A stretch of DNA of 64,000 nucleotides from Macrostomum lignano. Taxonomy: Eukaryota. Positions 22,329 through 32,800 of this stretch are shown here, one piece after another. Position 1 is the stretch's first letter; each line of letters begins with the position of its first letter. The position numbers and the translations under genes were made by a program. Below the pieces are notes generated by a model. It saw only the letters and a list, made by a program, of their open reading frames with translations. It did no database searches and was not told where the DNA came from. Where the stretch lies: the NCBI GenBank assembly GCA_002269645.1, contig NIVC01000978.1, positions 248,001-312,000 on the forward strand, written 5' to 3'.

Positions 22329-25300
22329 GACTAACTATTGAATAATTAATTAACTATTCGTCACACCCCGACCCCCGCCGCAGGCGAGTGCGCCATCGTG
22401 TCGCGACTCCGCTGCCAGCAGTTGCGCGGTTTCTACCATCCAGACAGCCAGCTGTGCTCGCAGGTCAACTGCCTGGCTGACGCCTGCGGCATGCTCGGCT
22501 TTTCCAATCTTCAGCAGCCGAACCAGTTCTATCGCCTGGCAACCAGCCAGTTCCTGCACGCAGGGCTGGCCACCCTCCTGGTCACTCTGCTGCACCACGG
22601 CTTTTATCTGAGGCGCTTGGAACGCCTGGCTGGTTGGAGGCGGACAGCCTGTCTGTACTTTGGCTGCGGCCTGTCCGGCTGCCTGCTGTCCGCCATCGCC
22701 TTGCCCGCAGCTGTGGATGTTGGACCTGCGGCTGCTCAGGTGCCCAGACTGGCTGCTCCTCTGCTTTTGCATTGCTCGTATTGATCACCGCTTGGCTTTG
22801 GCTGTTGCTGTGTATGCGTGTGTTTGCCTGCACTTCTCGGAATATATCTCATCTATCCTCTCTACTCCTGTCCTCTCCTATCTCCTCTCTCTTCTCTCCT
22901 CCTCTCTCTCCTCTCCTCTCCTCCTCTCTCCTCTCCTCTCCTCTCCTCTCATCCTCTCTCCTCTCCTCTCCTCCTCTCTCCTCTCCTCTCCTCTCCTCTC
23001 CTCTCCTCTCTTCTCCTCTCTCATCTCTCCTCTCCTCTCTCCTCTCTCCTCTCCTCTCCCTCCTCTCTCCTCTCCTCTCCTCTCCTCTCCTCCTCTCTCC
23101 TCTCCTCTCCTCTCTCCTCTCCTCTCCTCTCCTCTCCTCCTCTCTCCTCTCCTCTCCTCTCCTCTCCCTCCTCTCTCCTCTCCTCTCCTCTCCTTTCCTC
23201 TCTCATCTCTCCTCTCCCTCCTCTCCTCTCCTCTCCTCTCCTCTCCTCTCTCTCCTCTCCTCTCCTTTCCTCTCCTCTCCTCTCCCTCCTCTCGTCTCCT
23301 TCTCATCTCTCCTCTCTTCTCCTCTCCTCTCTCCTCTCTCTTCTCCTCTCCTCTCTCTCCTCTCCTCTCCTCTCCTCTCTCCTCTCTCCTCTCCCTCCTC
23401 TCCTCTCCTCTCTCCTCTCTCCTCTCCTCTCCTCTCCTCTCCTCTCCTCTCCTCTCCTCTCCTCTCCCTCCTCTCGTCTCCTTCTCATCTCTCCTCTCTT
23501 CTCTTTTCTCTACTCTACTCTACTCTACTCTCCTAACTCTTCTCTTCTCTGATCTCCTCTCCTCTCCTGACGTCATTTTTGGGCTTTGCTAGAATTTGAT
23601 ATACTCTCGCGTCGCATCTCTTAATGCATATAAGAACTATTAAATGTGTTAGATCGGTTTCGATCTTCGAGACTTTTCGAGCTTTTTTGACTTTGCCTAC
23701 CTAATTAACTCAATTGTGACCATAATTAATTTCCACCACAGGTTGGCTCGCTGGCAGCGGTACTAGTCGAGTACATCACTGCCTGGCCGTATGTTGAAAG
23801 CCGAGTAAAATCCACGGCTCTGCTGTTGCTGTGTCTGTTGATTCTCCTGCTGCTTGGCGTGTCGCCATGGCTGGACCTGTTTTCCAGCGTTGGCGGCTTC
23901 GTTGCGGCTGTCTGCTGTGCTCTGCCGGCCTGCTGCCCCACTTGAGGCTGCTCTACTGTTGCGGCGACGCCAGCTTTGAAGACGAAGTGGATGGAGATAA
24001 TATTGATGAAGAAGAGGAAGCTGCATCGGCAGCCGTTGTTGAGGACAACGCTGACGACTTTGACGGTTCAATTTTTAGTGCTACTAGTGATAGTTATAAA
24101 AATTATCATAATAATAGCAATAGTAAAGAGGCTGATGTCATAGCTTCTCCAACTGCTGCGGGCAGGGCCACAGCCTTTGGCGCGGTGGCCTGGCGGTCCT
24201 TGGCTCGAATCTGCGCGGCCGTCTATCGGATTTGGGTTGCGAGTGTCCTGCCCAGGCTGAGGACTTGGTGGGTTCTTCGTTTGGTTTCATTGCTGGGATT
24301 CGGGTGTGGGGATTGTTTCTTTGGGATTAGGGATCTGGGGATTGTTTTTTAGGGATTTGGGATCTGGGGATTGTTTCTTGGGATTTGGGATCTGGGGATT
24401 GTTTCTTTGGGATTTGGGATCTGGGGATTGTTTTTTGGGGATTTGGGATCTGGGGATTGTTTCTTTGGGATTTGGGATCTGGACATTGTTTCCTTTGGGA
24501 TTAGGGATCTGGGGATTGCTTCTTTGGGGATTTGGGATCTAGGGATTGTTTCTTTGGGGATTTGGGATCTGGGGATTGTTTCTTTGGGGATTTGGGATCT
24601 GGGGATTGTTTCTTTGGGATTAGGGATCTGGGGATTGTTTCTTTGGGGATTTGGGATCTGGGGATTGTTTTTTGGGGATTTGGGATCTGGGGATTGTTTC
24701 TTTGGGAATTTGGGATCTGGCGATTGTTTTTTGGGGATTTGGGATCTGGGGATTGTTTTTTGGGGATTTGGGATCTGGGGATTGTTTCTTTGGGGATTTG
24801 GGATCTGGCGATTGTTTCTTTGGGGATTTCGGATCAGGGGATTGTTTCTTTGGGATTAGGAATCTGGGGATTGTTTCTTTGGGGATTTGGGATCTGGGGA
24901 TTGTTTCTTTGGGATTTGGGATCTGGGAATTGTTTCTTTGGGATTTGGGATCTGGAGATTGTTTCTTTGGGATTTGGGATCTGGGGATTGTTTCTTTGGG
25001 ATTTGGGATCTGGGGATTGTTTTTTGGGGATTTGGGATCTGGGGATTGTTTCTTTGGGGATTTGGGATCTGGCGATTGTTTCTTTGGGGATTTGGGATCA
25101 GGGGATTGTTTCTTTGAAATTAGGGATCTGGGGATTGTTTCTTTGGGGATTTGGGATCTGGGGATTGTTTCTTTGGGATTTGGGATCTGGGAATTGTTTC
25201 TTTGGGATTTGGGATCTGGAGATTGTTTCTTTGGGATTTGGGATCTGGGGATTGTTTCTTTGGGATTTGGGATCTGGGGATTGTTTCTTTGGGATTTGGG

Positions 25301-28289
25301 ATCTGGAGATTGTTTTTTTGGGATTAGGGATCTGGAGATTGTTTCTTTGGGATTTGGGATCTGGCGATTGTTTCTTTGGGATTAGGGATCTGGAGATTGT
25401 TTCTTTGGGATTTGGGATCTGGGGATTGTTTCTTTGGGATTTGGGATCTGGGGATTGTTTTTTTGGGATTAGGGATCTGGGGATTGTTTCTTTGGGGATT
25501 TGGGATCTGGCGTTTGTTTCTTTGGGATTTGGCATCTGGGGATTGTTTCTTTGGGATTTGGGATCTGGAGATTGTTTCTTTGGGATTTGGGATCTGGGGA
25601 TTGTTTCTTTGGGATTTGGGATCTGGAGATTGTTTCTTTGGGATTTGGGATCTGGCGATTGTTTCTTTGGGATTAGGGATCTGGAGATTGTTTCTTTGGG
25701 ATTTGGGATCTGGGGATTGTTTCTTTGGGATTTGGGATCTGGGGATTGTTTCTTTGGGATTTGGGATCTGGGGATTGTTTCTTTGGGATTTGGGATCTGG
25801 AGATTGTTTCTTTGGGATTTGGGATCTGGAGATTGTTTCTTTGGGATTTGGGATCTGGGGATTGTTTCTTTGGGATTTGGGATCTGGATATTGTTTCTTT
25901 GGGATTTGGGATCTGGGGATTGTTTTTTTGGGGATTTGCGATCTGGCGATTGTTTCTTTGGGATTTGGGATCTAGGGATTGTTTCTTTTGGGATTTGGGA
26001 TCTGGCGATTGTTTCTTTGGGGATTTGGGATCTGGCGATTGTTTCTTTGGGGATTTGGGATCTGGGGATTGTTTCTTTGGGATTAGGGATCTGGGGATTG
26101 TTTCTTTGGGGATTTGGGATCTGGGGATTGTTTCTTTGGGATTTGGGATCTGGGGATTGTTTCTTTGGGATTTGGGATCTGGGGATTGTTTCTTTGGGAT
26201 TTGGGATCTGGGGATTGTTTCTTTGGGATTTGGGATCTGGAGATTGTTTTTTTCGGATTAGGGATCTGGAGATTGTTTCTTTGGGATTTGGGATCTGGCG
26301 ATTGTTTCTTTGGGATTAGGGATCTGGACATTGTTTCTTTGGGATTTGGGATCTGGGGATTTTTTCTTTGGGATTTGGGATCTGGCGATTGTTTCTTTGG
26401 GATTTGGGATCTGGGGATTGTTTTTTTGGGGATTTGGGATCTGGCGATTGTTTCTTTGGGATTTGGGATCTAGGGATTGTTTCTTTGGGGATTTGGGATC
26501 AGGGGATTGTTTCTTTGGGATTTGGGATCTGGCGATTGTTTTTTTTTGGGATTTGGGATCTGGAGATTGTTTCTTTTGGGATTTGGGATCTGGATATTGT
26601 TTCTTTGGGATTTGGGATCTGGGCATTGTTTCTTTGGGATTAGGGATCTGGAGATTGTTTCTTTGGGATTTGGGATCTGGGGATTGTTTCTTTGGGATTT
26701 GGGATCTGGAGATTGTTTCTTTGGGATTTGGGATCTGGAGATTGTTTCTTTGGGATTTGGGATCTGGGGATTGTTTCTTTGGGATTTCGGATCTGGCGAT
26801 TGTTTCTTTGTGATTTGGGATCTGGGGAATGTTTTTTTTGGGATTTGGGATCTGGGGATTGTTTCTTTGGGATTTGGGATCTGGGCATTGTTTCTTTGGG
26901 ATTAGGGAACTGGGGATTGTTTCTTTGGGGATTTGGGATCTGGGGATTGTTTCTTTGGGGATTTGGGATCTGGGGATTGTTTCTTTGGGATTTGGGATCT
27001 GGAGATTGTTTCTTTGGGATTTGGGATCTGGGGATTGTTTCTTTGGGATTTCGGATCTGGCGATTGTTTCTTTGTGATTTGGGATCTGGGGAATGTTTCT
27101 TTGGGATTTGGGATCTGGGGATTGTTTCTTTGGGATTTGGGATCTGGGCATTGTTTCTTTGGGATTAGGGATCTGGAGATTGTTTCTTTGGGATTTGGGA
27201 TCTGGGCATTGTTTCTTTTGGGATTTGGGATCTGGAGATTGTTTCTTTTGGGATTTGGGATCTGGAGATTGTTTCTTTGGGATTCGGGTGTGGGGATTGT
27301 TTCTTTGGGATTTGGGATCTGGAGATTGTTTCTTTGGGATTTGGGATCTGGGGATTGTTTCTTTCTTTGGGATTTGGGATCTGGGCATTGTTTCTTTGGG
27401 ATTTGGGATCTGGGGATTGTTTCTTTGGGGATTTGGGATCTGGGGATTGTTTCTTTGGGATTTGGGATCTGGGCATTGTTTCTTTGGGATTTGGGATCTG
27501 GAAATTGTTTCTTTGGGATTTGGGATCTGGGGATTGTTTCTTTGGGAATTGGGATCTGGGGATTGTTTCTTTGGGATTTGGGATCAGGGCATTGTTTCCT
27601 TTGGGATTAGGGATCTAGGGATTGTTTCTTTGGGGATTTGGGATCTGGGGATTGTTTCTTTGGGATTTGGGATCTAGGGATTGTTTCTTTGGGATTTGGG
27701 ATCTGGGGATTGTTTCTTTGGGATTTGGGATCTGGAGATTGTTTCCTTTGGTATTTTGGATCTGGGGATTATTTCCTTTGAGATTTGGGATCTGGGAATT
27801 GTTTTATTGGGATTTGGAATCTGGGAATTGTTTCCTTGGGATTTGGGATCTGGGATTTGTTTTTTGGGATTTGGGATCTGGGGATTTTCGGCGAGGTTTG
27901 GGGTCTGATATGTTTTTTAGAAATTACAGACTTTTTTCTGAGAGATAAAGATTAGGAATGGCTCAGGTTTTAGTCTGCATGTAATTCTCTTGAAAATATT
28001 TCACAACTGCGTACAAAGTGTACAATGCACTTCTTATTGACGCTTCCTCAGGCATCGGACTGGCCAGCTGAGACGCCTGGCATTCCTGTCAATCTGGTTG
28101 GCGATGACTGTAGCACTCCTGCTGCTGCTCTTCCTACCTGCCGATCTGCCCTCCGTCTGCCTCTGGTGTCGCCAGGCAAACTGCTTCTTCACCTGGCTGC
28201 AGTCGGCGTTTCCCAACGATATTCACGACAGTCACTGCGGAGTGGCTTACGGGACCAGGTTTGAGCGGAGCAAGTGCAGACCGTTGTAG
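3774..28289 (+). CDS. iRhom (inactive rhomboid, RHBDF-like) paralog A; exons 3774-4198, 4421-4649, 4861-5112, 8989-9205, 22384-22739, 23742-24267, 28052-28289; apparent 1-nt deletion near 23906
   Basis: iRhom motifs HRPYFTLWIT, NFLIGP..LVRLGAKYGPC, SGCCIHND, PVCGADPRTC, WADDVTRWP, RPCC, PNQFYRL, DVGPAAAQ (GPx signature). All junctions are GT-AG with matching phases. Exons total 2243 nt, one short of 748 codons, consistent with a single frameshift. Exon 1 and the end of exon 6 are less certain. Confidence 0.85.
4225..4345. repeat. 21-bp repeat (CAGTTTCAGGTAGTTGAGTGT) in iRhom A intron 1
   Basis: About 5 imperfect copies visible. Confidence 0.75.
4662..4810. repeat. 23-bp repeat (TGTCTGTCTGTATGTCTGAGAGA) in iRhom A intron 2
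   Basis: Period 23 at 4681/4704. Confidence 0.85.
5185..8890. repeat. 3.7-kb G-rich minisatellite, ~26-34-bp units (GAGCTCTATGTGGTGTGGGGTTGGGGCAAATG), iRhom A intron 3
   Basis: Continuous array; explains the GVG/WG-rich ORFs in the track. Confidence 0.95.
9308..9441 (+). ncRNA. Spliced-leader-RNA-like sequence (head of the retroposon)
   Basis: GCCGTAAAGACGGTCTCTGACTG matches at 22/23 the 5' end of the M. lignano leader as I recall it (GCCGTAAAGACGGTCTCTTACTG...). Donor-like CTG|GTAGC at 9353/9354 lies in stem GCTGCC/GGTAGC. A cUUCGg hairpin (9386-9407) precedes an Sm-like AATTTTTTAAG (9407-9417), followed by a 3' hairpin (9417-9441). Confidence 0.6.
9308..10485 (+). mobile_element. Non-autonomous retroposon candidate with SL-RNA-like 5' head, 3' hairpin, (AAC)5 tail and 10-bp TSD
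   Basis: ACATGTAAAG occurs at 9299-9308 and 10484-10493, exactly flanking the unit. Tail AACAACAACAACAAC at 10471-10485. Hairpin GCGG-tag-AGCCC-cctttc-GGGCT-gat-CCGC at 10412-10441. No recognisable enzyme ORF. Confidence 0.75.
10815..16755. repeat. 5.9-kb 28-bp satellite (AACTGGGACAGCCTACAGTAGTC[AAATC/TGATC]), roughly 210 copies
   Basis: Highly homogeneous array with two interspersed unit variants; no ORFs. Confidence 0.97.
17310..20255. repeat. 92-bp tandem repeat, about 32 near-identical copies
   Basis: Period 92 (GAATTAATTA at 17401, 17493, 17585). Confidence 0.97.
20470..21351 (-). pseudogene. Secreted PAN/apple-like + C-type lectin gene, copy 1, with in-frame TAG; exons 21351-21339 and 21239-20470; nested antisense in iRhom A intron 4
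   Basis: ATG GAA ACT ACC T|gtgag, acceptor tttcag, signal peptide METTSAPSICLSILMMLITSLPLAVLYS. Motifs QCAFAC...CRGF...CQMF (PAN-like) and WNPGQPN / IND (CTLD-like). TAG at 20808-20806 where copy 2 has CAG; the frame continues to 20470. Confidence 0.8.
21787..22093 (-). mobile_element. tRNA-derived SINE with CORE-like central domain
   Basis: On the - strand: A box (cagcctagtggtta), B box (ggttcgattccc), TGTCCTTGAGCAAGACACTT...CAGTTTACCCAGCTGTAAAATGGG core, AT-rich tail. Homologous over ~300 bp to 31096-31400. Confidence 0.85.
22120..22360. repeat. (ACTA)n microsatellite upstream of the iRhom A exon 5 acceptor (also 21705-21770)
   Basis: Direct reading. Confidence 0.95.
22850..23570. repeat. 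(CTCTC)n-type polypyrimidine tract, iRhom A intron 5
   Basis: Direct reading; source of the LSSP/REE ORFs. Confidence 0.95.
24295..27890. repeat. 3.6-kb 29/30-bp minisatellite (GGGATTGTTTCTTTGGGATTTGGGATCTG), iRhom A intron 6
   Basis: Continuous array; same unit recurs at 44180-44570. Confidence 0.97.
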
Positions 28290-28409
28290 TGTGCGCTTTT
28301 TCATTTTTTCCTGCGTATTTCTCTGTCTGGCATTTCTAGGAATTTGGTGCCATTCGCTTGCATTTTTACCGATTTTATTTCTAGCCATTATTGTTTGTCT
28401 GGTATCTGT

Positions 28410-28715
28410 CATCCTATCGTCTCACCTGACATCCCATCGTCTCACCTGACATCCCATCGTCTCACCTGACATCCCATCGTCTCACCTGACATCCCATCGT
28501 CTCACCTGACATCCCATCGTCTCACCTGACATCCCATCGTCTCACCTGACATCCCATCGTCTCACCTGACATCCCATCGTCTCACCTGACATCCCATCGT
28601 CTCACCTGACATCCCATCGTCTCACCTGACATCCCATCGTCTCACCTGACATCCCATCCTCCCACCTGATATCCTATCCTCTCAAGTTCACCTGACATCC
28701 CATCGTCTCACCTGA
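28410..28715. repeat. 20-bp repeat (CATCCCATCGTCTCACCTGA)
   Basis: About 14-15 copies downstream of the iRhom A stop. Confidence 0.93.
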
Positions 28716-29339
28716 CCCTCAGTCTTCTCAACTGACACCTTTGAGAGTTTATTTTTATCAGTTGATATCAGTTGATATTGCAGATGAGTTTTTTCAAGTC
28801 AGTTTATGACCTCATGCATTTTAATTTTGTTATTGCTTTTTTCAGAGAAACTTTATTCTCTTGAATAATTTGCTTCTTCTTTTCATAGAAATAACGCCGT
28901 ATACTCCAAGTTTAAAAAGATACCTTTAAAATGATTTCAGTAAAAATACAGTCATAGTCAACAATCTGTTTTTATCAAAGCAGAATTTACCTGTGCCGTC
29001 TTCGTTTTTCATATTTTTACCTTCGTTCTAATCATAGATAATTGAACACTCTGCTTGAGATTTTGTCCATGCTACTCAGAATCAGTAGTCCTTATCATAT
29101 CAGTAAGACAATTTATAATTCAATAAACAGATGGATAATAGCTAGGCTATTATGTGTTAGCTATACATATCAAGTTGTTACGAGATATCTTAGTGGCTAT
29201 CAGCTCCTTGTATTTGTTTCATCTTGCGCAGTTACTTTTTAGCTATTGCTATACTTGTAATTGGAATACGAGTGGAGCTCGCCTCAGCGTATCTTGTTCA
29301 AGATTCTATGAAGCTCCACCCTCATCTTACCCTTATTCC

Positions 29340-29670
29340 CAGCCTCACCCTCCTTAACCACCCTCTCACCCTCCTTTCCTACCCTCTCACCCTCCTTTCC
29401 CACCCTCTTACCCTCCTTACCCACCCTCTTAACATCCTTTCCCACCCTCTTAACATCCTTTCCCAGCCTCTTACCCTCCTTATCCACCCTCTCACCCTCC
29501 TTTCCCACCCTCTTACCCTCCTTACCCACCCTCTTACCCTCCTTATCCACCCTCTCACCCTCCTTTCCCACCCTCTTACCCTCCTTACCCACCCTCTCAC
29601 CCTCCTTTCCCACCCACTTACCCTCCTTACCCACCCTCTCACCCTACTTTCCCACCCTCTTACCCTCATT
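29340..29670. repeat. 21-bp C-rich repeat (CACCCTCTTACCCTCCTTTCC)
   Basis: About 15 copies upstream of iRhom B. Confidence 0.9.
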
Positions 29671-29873
29671 TAAGTCAGGAGAAATGACCAGAATAATTGC
29701 ATTTACGCAATCCAACTATTGCATGCTGAGCCGATTAAATCAATGATAAGTAACGGCAATGTTTCCATTACGCCAGAGATAGCTTGGATCAGCGATAAGA
29801 ACTGTATCAACTGTTTTACAAAAGGCCCATTCGCATCACACGTGAAGATAAAATTTGAGAGTGAAAAACCAAG

Positions 29874-32800
29874 ATGAAACCTCGGCCAAAGAACAGCAGC
29901 GGCTCGACCAGCCTGGAACTGCAACAGCAGCCGCTGTCGGCCGCTTCGCCTTTGACCTCGGCAAGTCGTCAGCGCACGAACAGCTACAGGCGTCGGCCCA
30001 GTGTGAGCCTGCTCCGCCAGGTGTCCACCAGGGCTGGCAACAGCTGCATGACGGCTCTGGGCTTGAGGCCCGAACTGCCTGAGGCCAGTCAGAAATGGAA
30101 CCAGCGCCGGCTGCAGCTGCTGTCCAGCTATGGCAACCTGCGCGTTAGTCAGCTGCCTGCCGCTTCGGGCACGTCAGCGGCTGCCAGAGTTCAGCCGCCC
30201 TGTCGCCGACCAATCGATCGGCAGCTGTCCTGCCCGACGCCTAGGATTCCGCAGCGGCTGGAAGCTGCCCCGCCGACTGCCCCAGCCGATGTCGAGTCGC
30301 CACTGCTGTTGCGTCCGCCTTCTTCGGCAGCTTCTGCTGCACGAAATTCGCCGTCAGTAGATTTTGTCGACGCTACTGATAGCGGTTTTCAGTTGCGAAA
30401 GCAGAAATCCTTGCGCAAGGAAAACGCTATCAAGTGCCTGTTTCGCGGTGTTCGCTCGCTGTCTTCTGGCGGCGGAAGCAGGAGCAATTCGAGCCAGCAG
30501 CTGCCGCAGACACCGAAGCAGGAGCCAGCAGCAGCAGCTGACCGCAGTGAAGACAACACTGAGTGCCAGCTTCCAGCTGTTCCGGAAGAGCAACCAGCTG
30601 GAGGGTCGGGTCAAGAGTCTGGTCAGGATGTTGTGGACGGTGTCACCATAAGCGAAGTTGGGTCTTCAGTGCGGCCCAGATCAACGGGCAACGTTTTTGC
30701 CGAGGATTTCAATAGGAAAATAGAAGAGCTCACAAGCAAATCTGGAGACTTGTTGGCAGGGCGTCAGTTGGCTCCTGCGATCGCTGCGCCGCCGCCTCAG
30801 CCTCCGTCGCCCAGTCTGCTGGCCCGACTTCGCCTGTCCTGCCTGACCAGCTCCGACACCAGCGAGCTCAAAGCCAGTATTGATGCTCACCTGCTATTCA
30901 GGCCCTACTTTACGTATTGGATAACGCTGATTCATATTGTCATATTTATTGCCACTGTGGTGCAGTTCGGCTTCGCGCCAATCGGAGTCACCCTGTTGAG
31001 CACCAGGACAGCTACGGTTGTGAATAGGAATACGCTGCAGGCTAAGGTTCGTGAATATGTTGCAATTTGTTATCAAAACATTTAATCAACAATTAAAGAG
31101 GTTGTAGCCCAGTGGTTAGAGCGTCCACTCGCGACTTGAAGATCGGGGGTTCGATTCCCGATCCCACTCGGAACAATTTGTGTCCTTGTGCAAGAAAACT
31201 CTGCATTGCTTCAGTTCACCCAGCTGTAGAATGGGTGCCAGCATTAGCTGGGGTAATTGAGGGTGTGTGTGGCGACCCCCAAGTCATTGGACTGAACAGC
31301 CGTACGCAGCCTTCAGATGCGACGTGCAATAGCTGCGGCCGGGCTTTCGGTTGCACGTCTGCCCATTCGGGCAGGTGTAATCAATAATTATTATTAATTA
31401 TTGTAATTGTGAAGAGAAACTTTGAAAGCAGACCAGCAGTCAAAAAGGAGGCAGAAAAAATAATAAAATTTTTAAATAGACAACGAAGTAGGTTTTGACC
31501 TTGCTTGGAATCGCTATTGTTAACATCGCAAGTGAAATGATGTTTAAGCCAGCTGTCTACTAAGATATCGGCATCCCCTGTGACCTTTGGCATCAAAGCC
31601 TCTCTGCTCCTGCAAGGGCTGATCAGAGTCTTATTTAACAATCTGCGGTCATAGACATAGTCTATAGTTGCCTGTGCATAGTCAGGGCTTGATGAGTCGT
31701 AACTCAACTCCTAGAACACTTAGCAAAGCCAAAATGTTTACCTAATGACTACAATTGATTAGGTTGATTTGGAAACAGCAGGAGCCAGTAGGGTTAGTGT
31801 AGTGGGCCAGTGGGAGGTCAAAACCTCGTCTGAATTGAATAAATCTTATACCAGGTATTGTATAAGCCACTCACTGATTATAATGCTTGATGCGTTCGAA
31901 CTAAACAAATTTTGACATAAAAATGTTTCAGTAGTATAAACGCGCATTTTGTTGTTTTTAAGCTATATAGAGAAATATTCCCCCCTCCTGTGGCCACAGG
32001 TTTGCGCCATAGACTACCACAATTTGTTCCTCGGTCCGCGCATGTCCGACCTAATTCGAGTTGGCGCCAAGTACAGCCTCTGTATGCGCCGTTACGACAG
32101 TCTTTATACTCAGATTCTGGACAGGCAGAGGATTAACGAGTCCAACAGCGGCTGCTGCGTTCACAACGACAGGTCGGCCTGCTATCAGAGCCAGAGGGCC
32201 GGCTGTCCCAAGTGGCTGGGCACCTGGCTTAAGTGGAACAATTCTACCAAGGTTGGTGTGCAGCCTGACTTGGAGTGCGACTTCTAGTCTCTATCTACCC
32301 CCTCCCATCTCTTCTCTCATCTCTCCCCTCCCATCTCTCCCCTCCTATCTCTAACCCCATCTCTCTCTTTTCCATCTTTCAGTTCCATCTCTCCCCTCTC
32401 ATCTCTCCCCTCACATCTCTCCCCTTATCTCTCCCCTCACATCTCTCCCCTCTCATCTCTCGCCTCATCTCTCCCCTCTCATCTCTCCCCTTATCTCTCC
32501 CCTCACATCTCTCCCCTCTCATCTCTCCCCTCTCATCTTTCCCCTCTCATCTCTCCCTCTCATCTCTCCCCTCTCATCTCTCCCTTACCATACCTCCCCT
32601 CTCATCTCTCCCCTCTCATCTCTCCCTTACCATATCTCCCCTTACATCCCTACCCTTCCATCTCTCCCACGCATGCAGCTCACAAATCAGGTCAATTAAT
32701 CCACAGACTTCGCACGGCCGACTTAGCGGACCGGTGTGCGGTCAGGATCCTCGCACCTGTCTGGAGCCGCTCTCCCTGCCCGGCGATCCCAACGCTTGGC

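Noticed and set aside
24306-27948. Multiple GIWDLG/PNPK ORFs
   Set aside because: Frame-independent translations of the 29/30-bp repeat.
31300-31385. Possible self-cleaving ribozyme in the SINE 3' region (hairpins ACGTGCAA/TTGCACGT and CTGCCC/GGGCAG)
   Set aside because: No complete hammerhead, HDV, twister or pistol core, and the first stem is not conserved in the second SINE copy.
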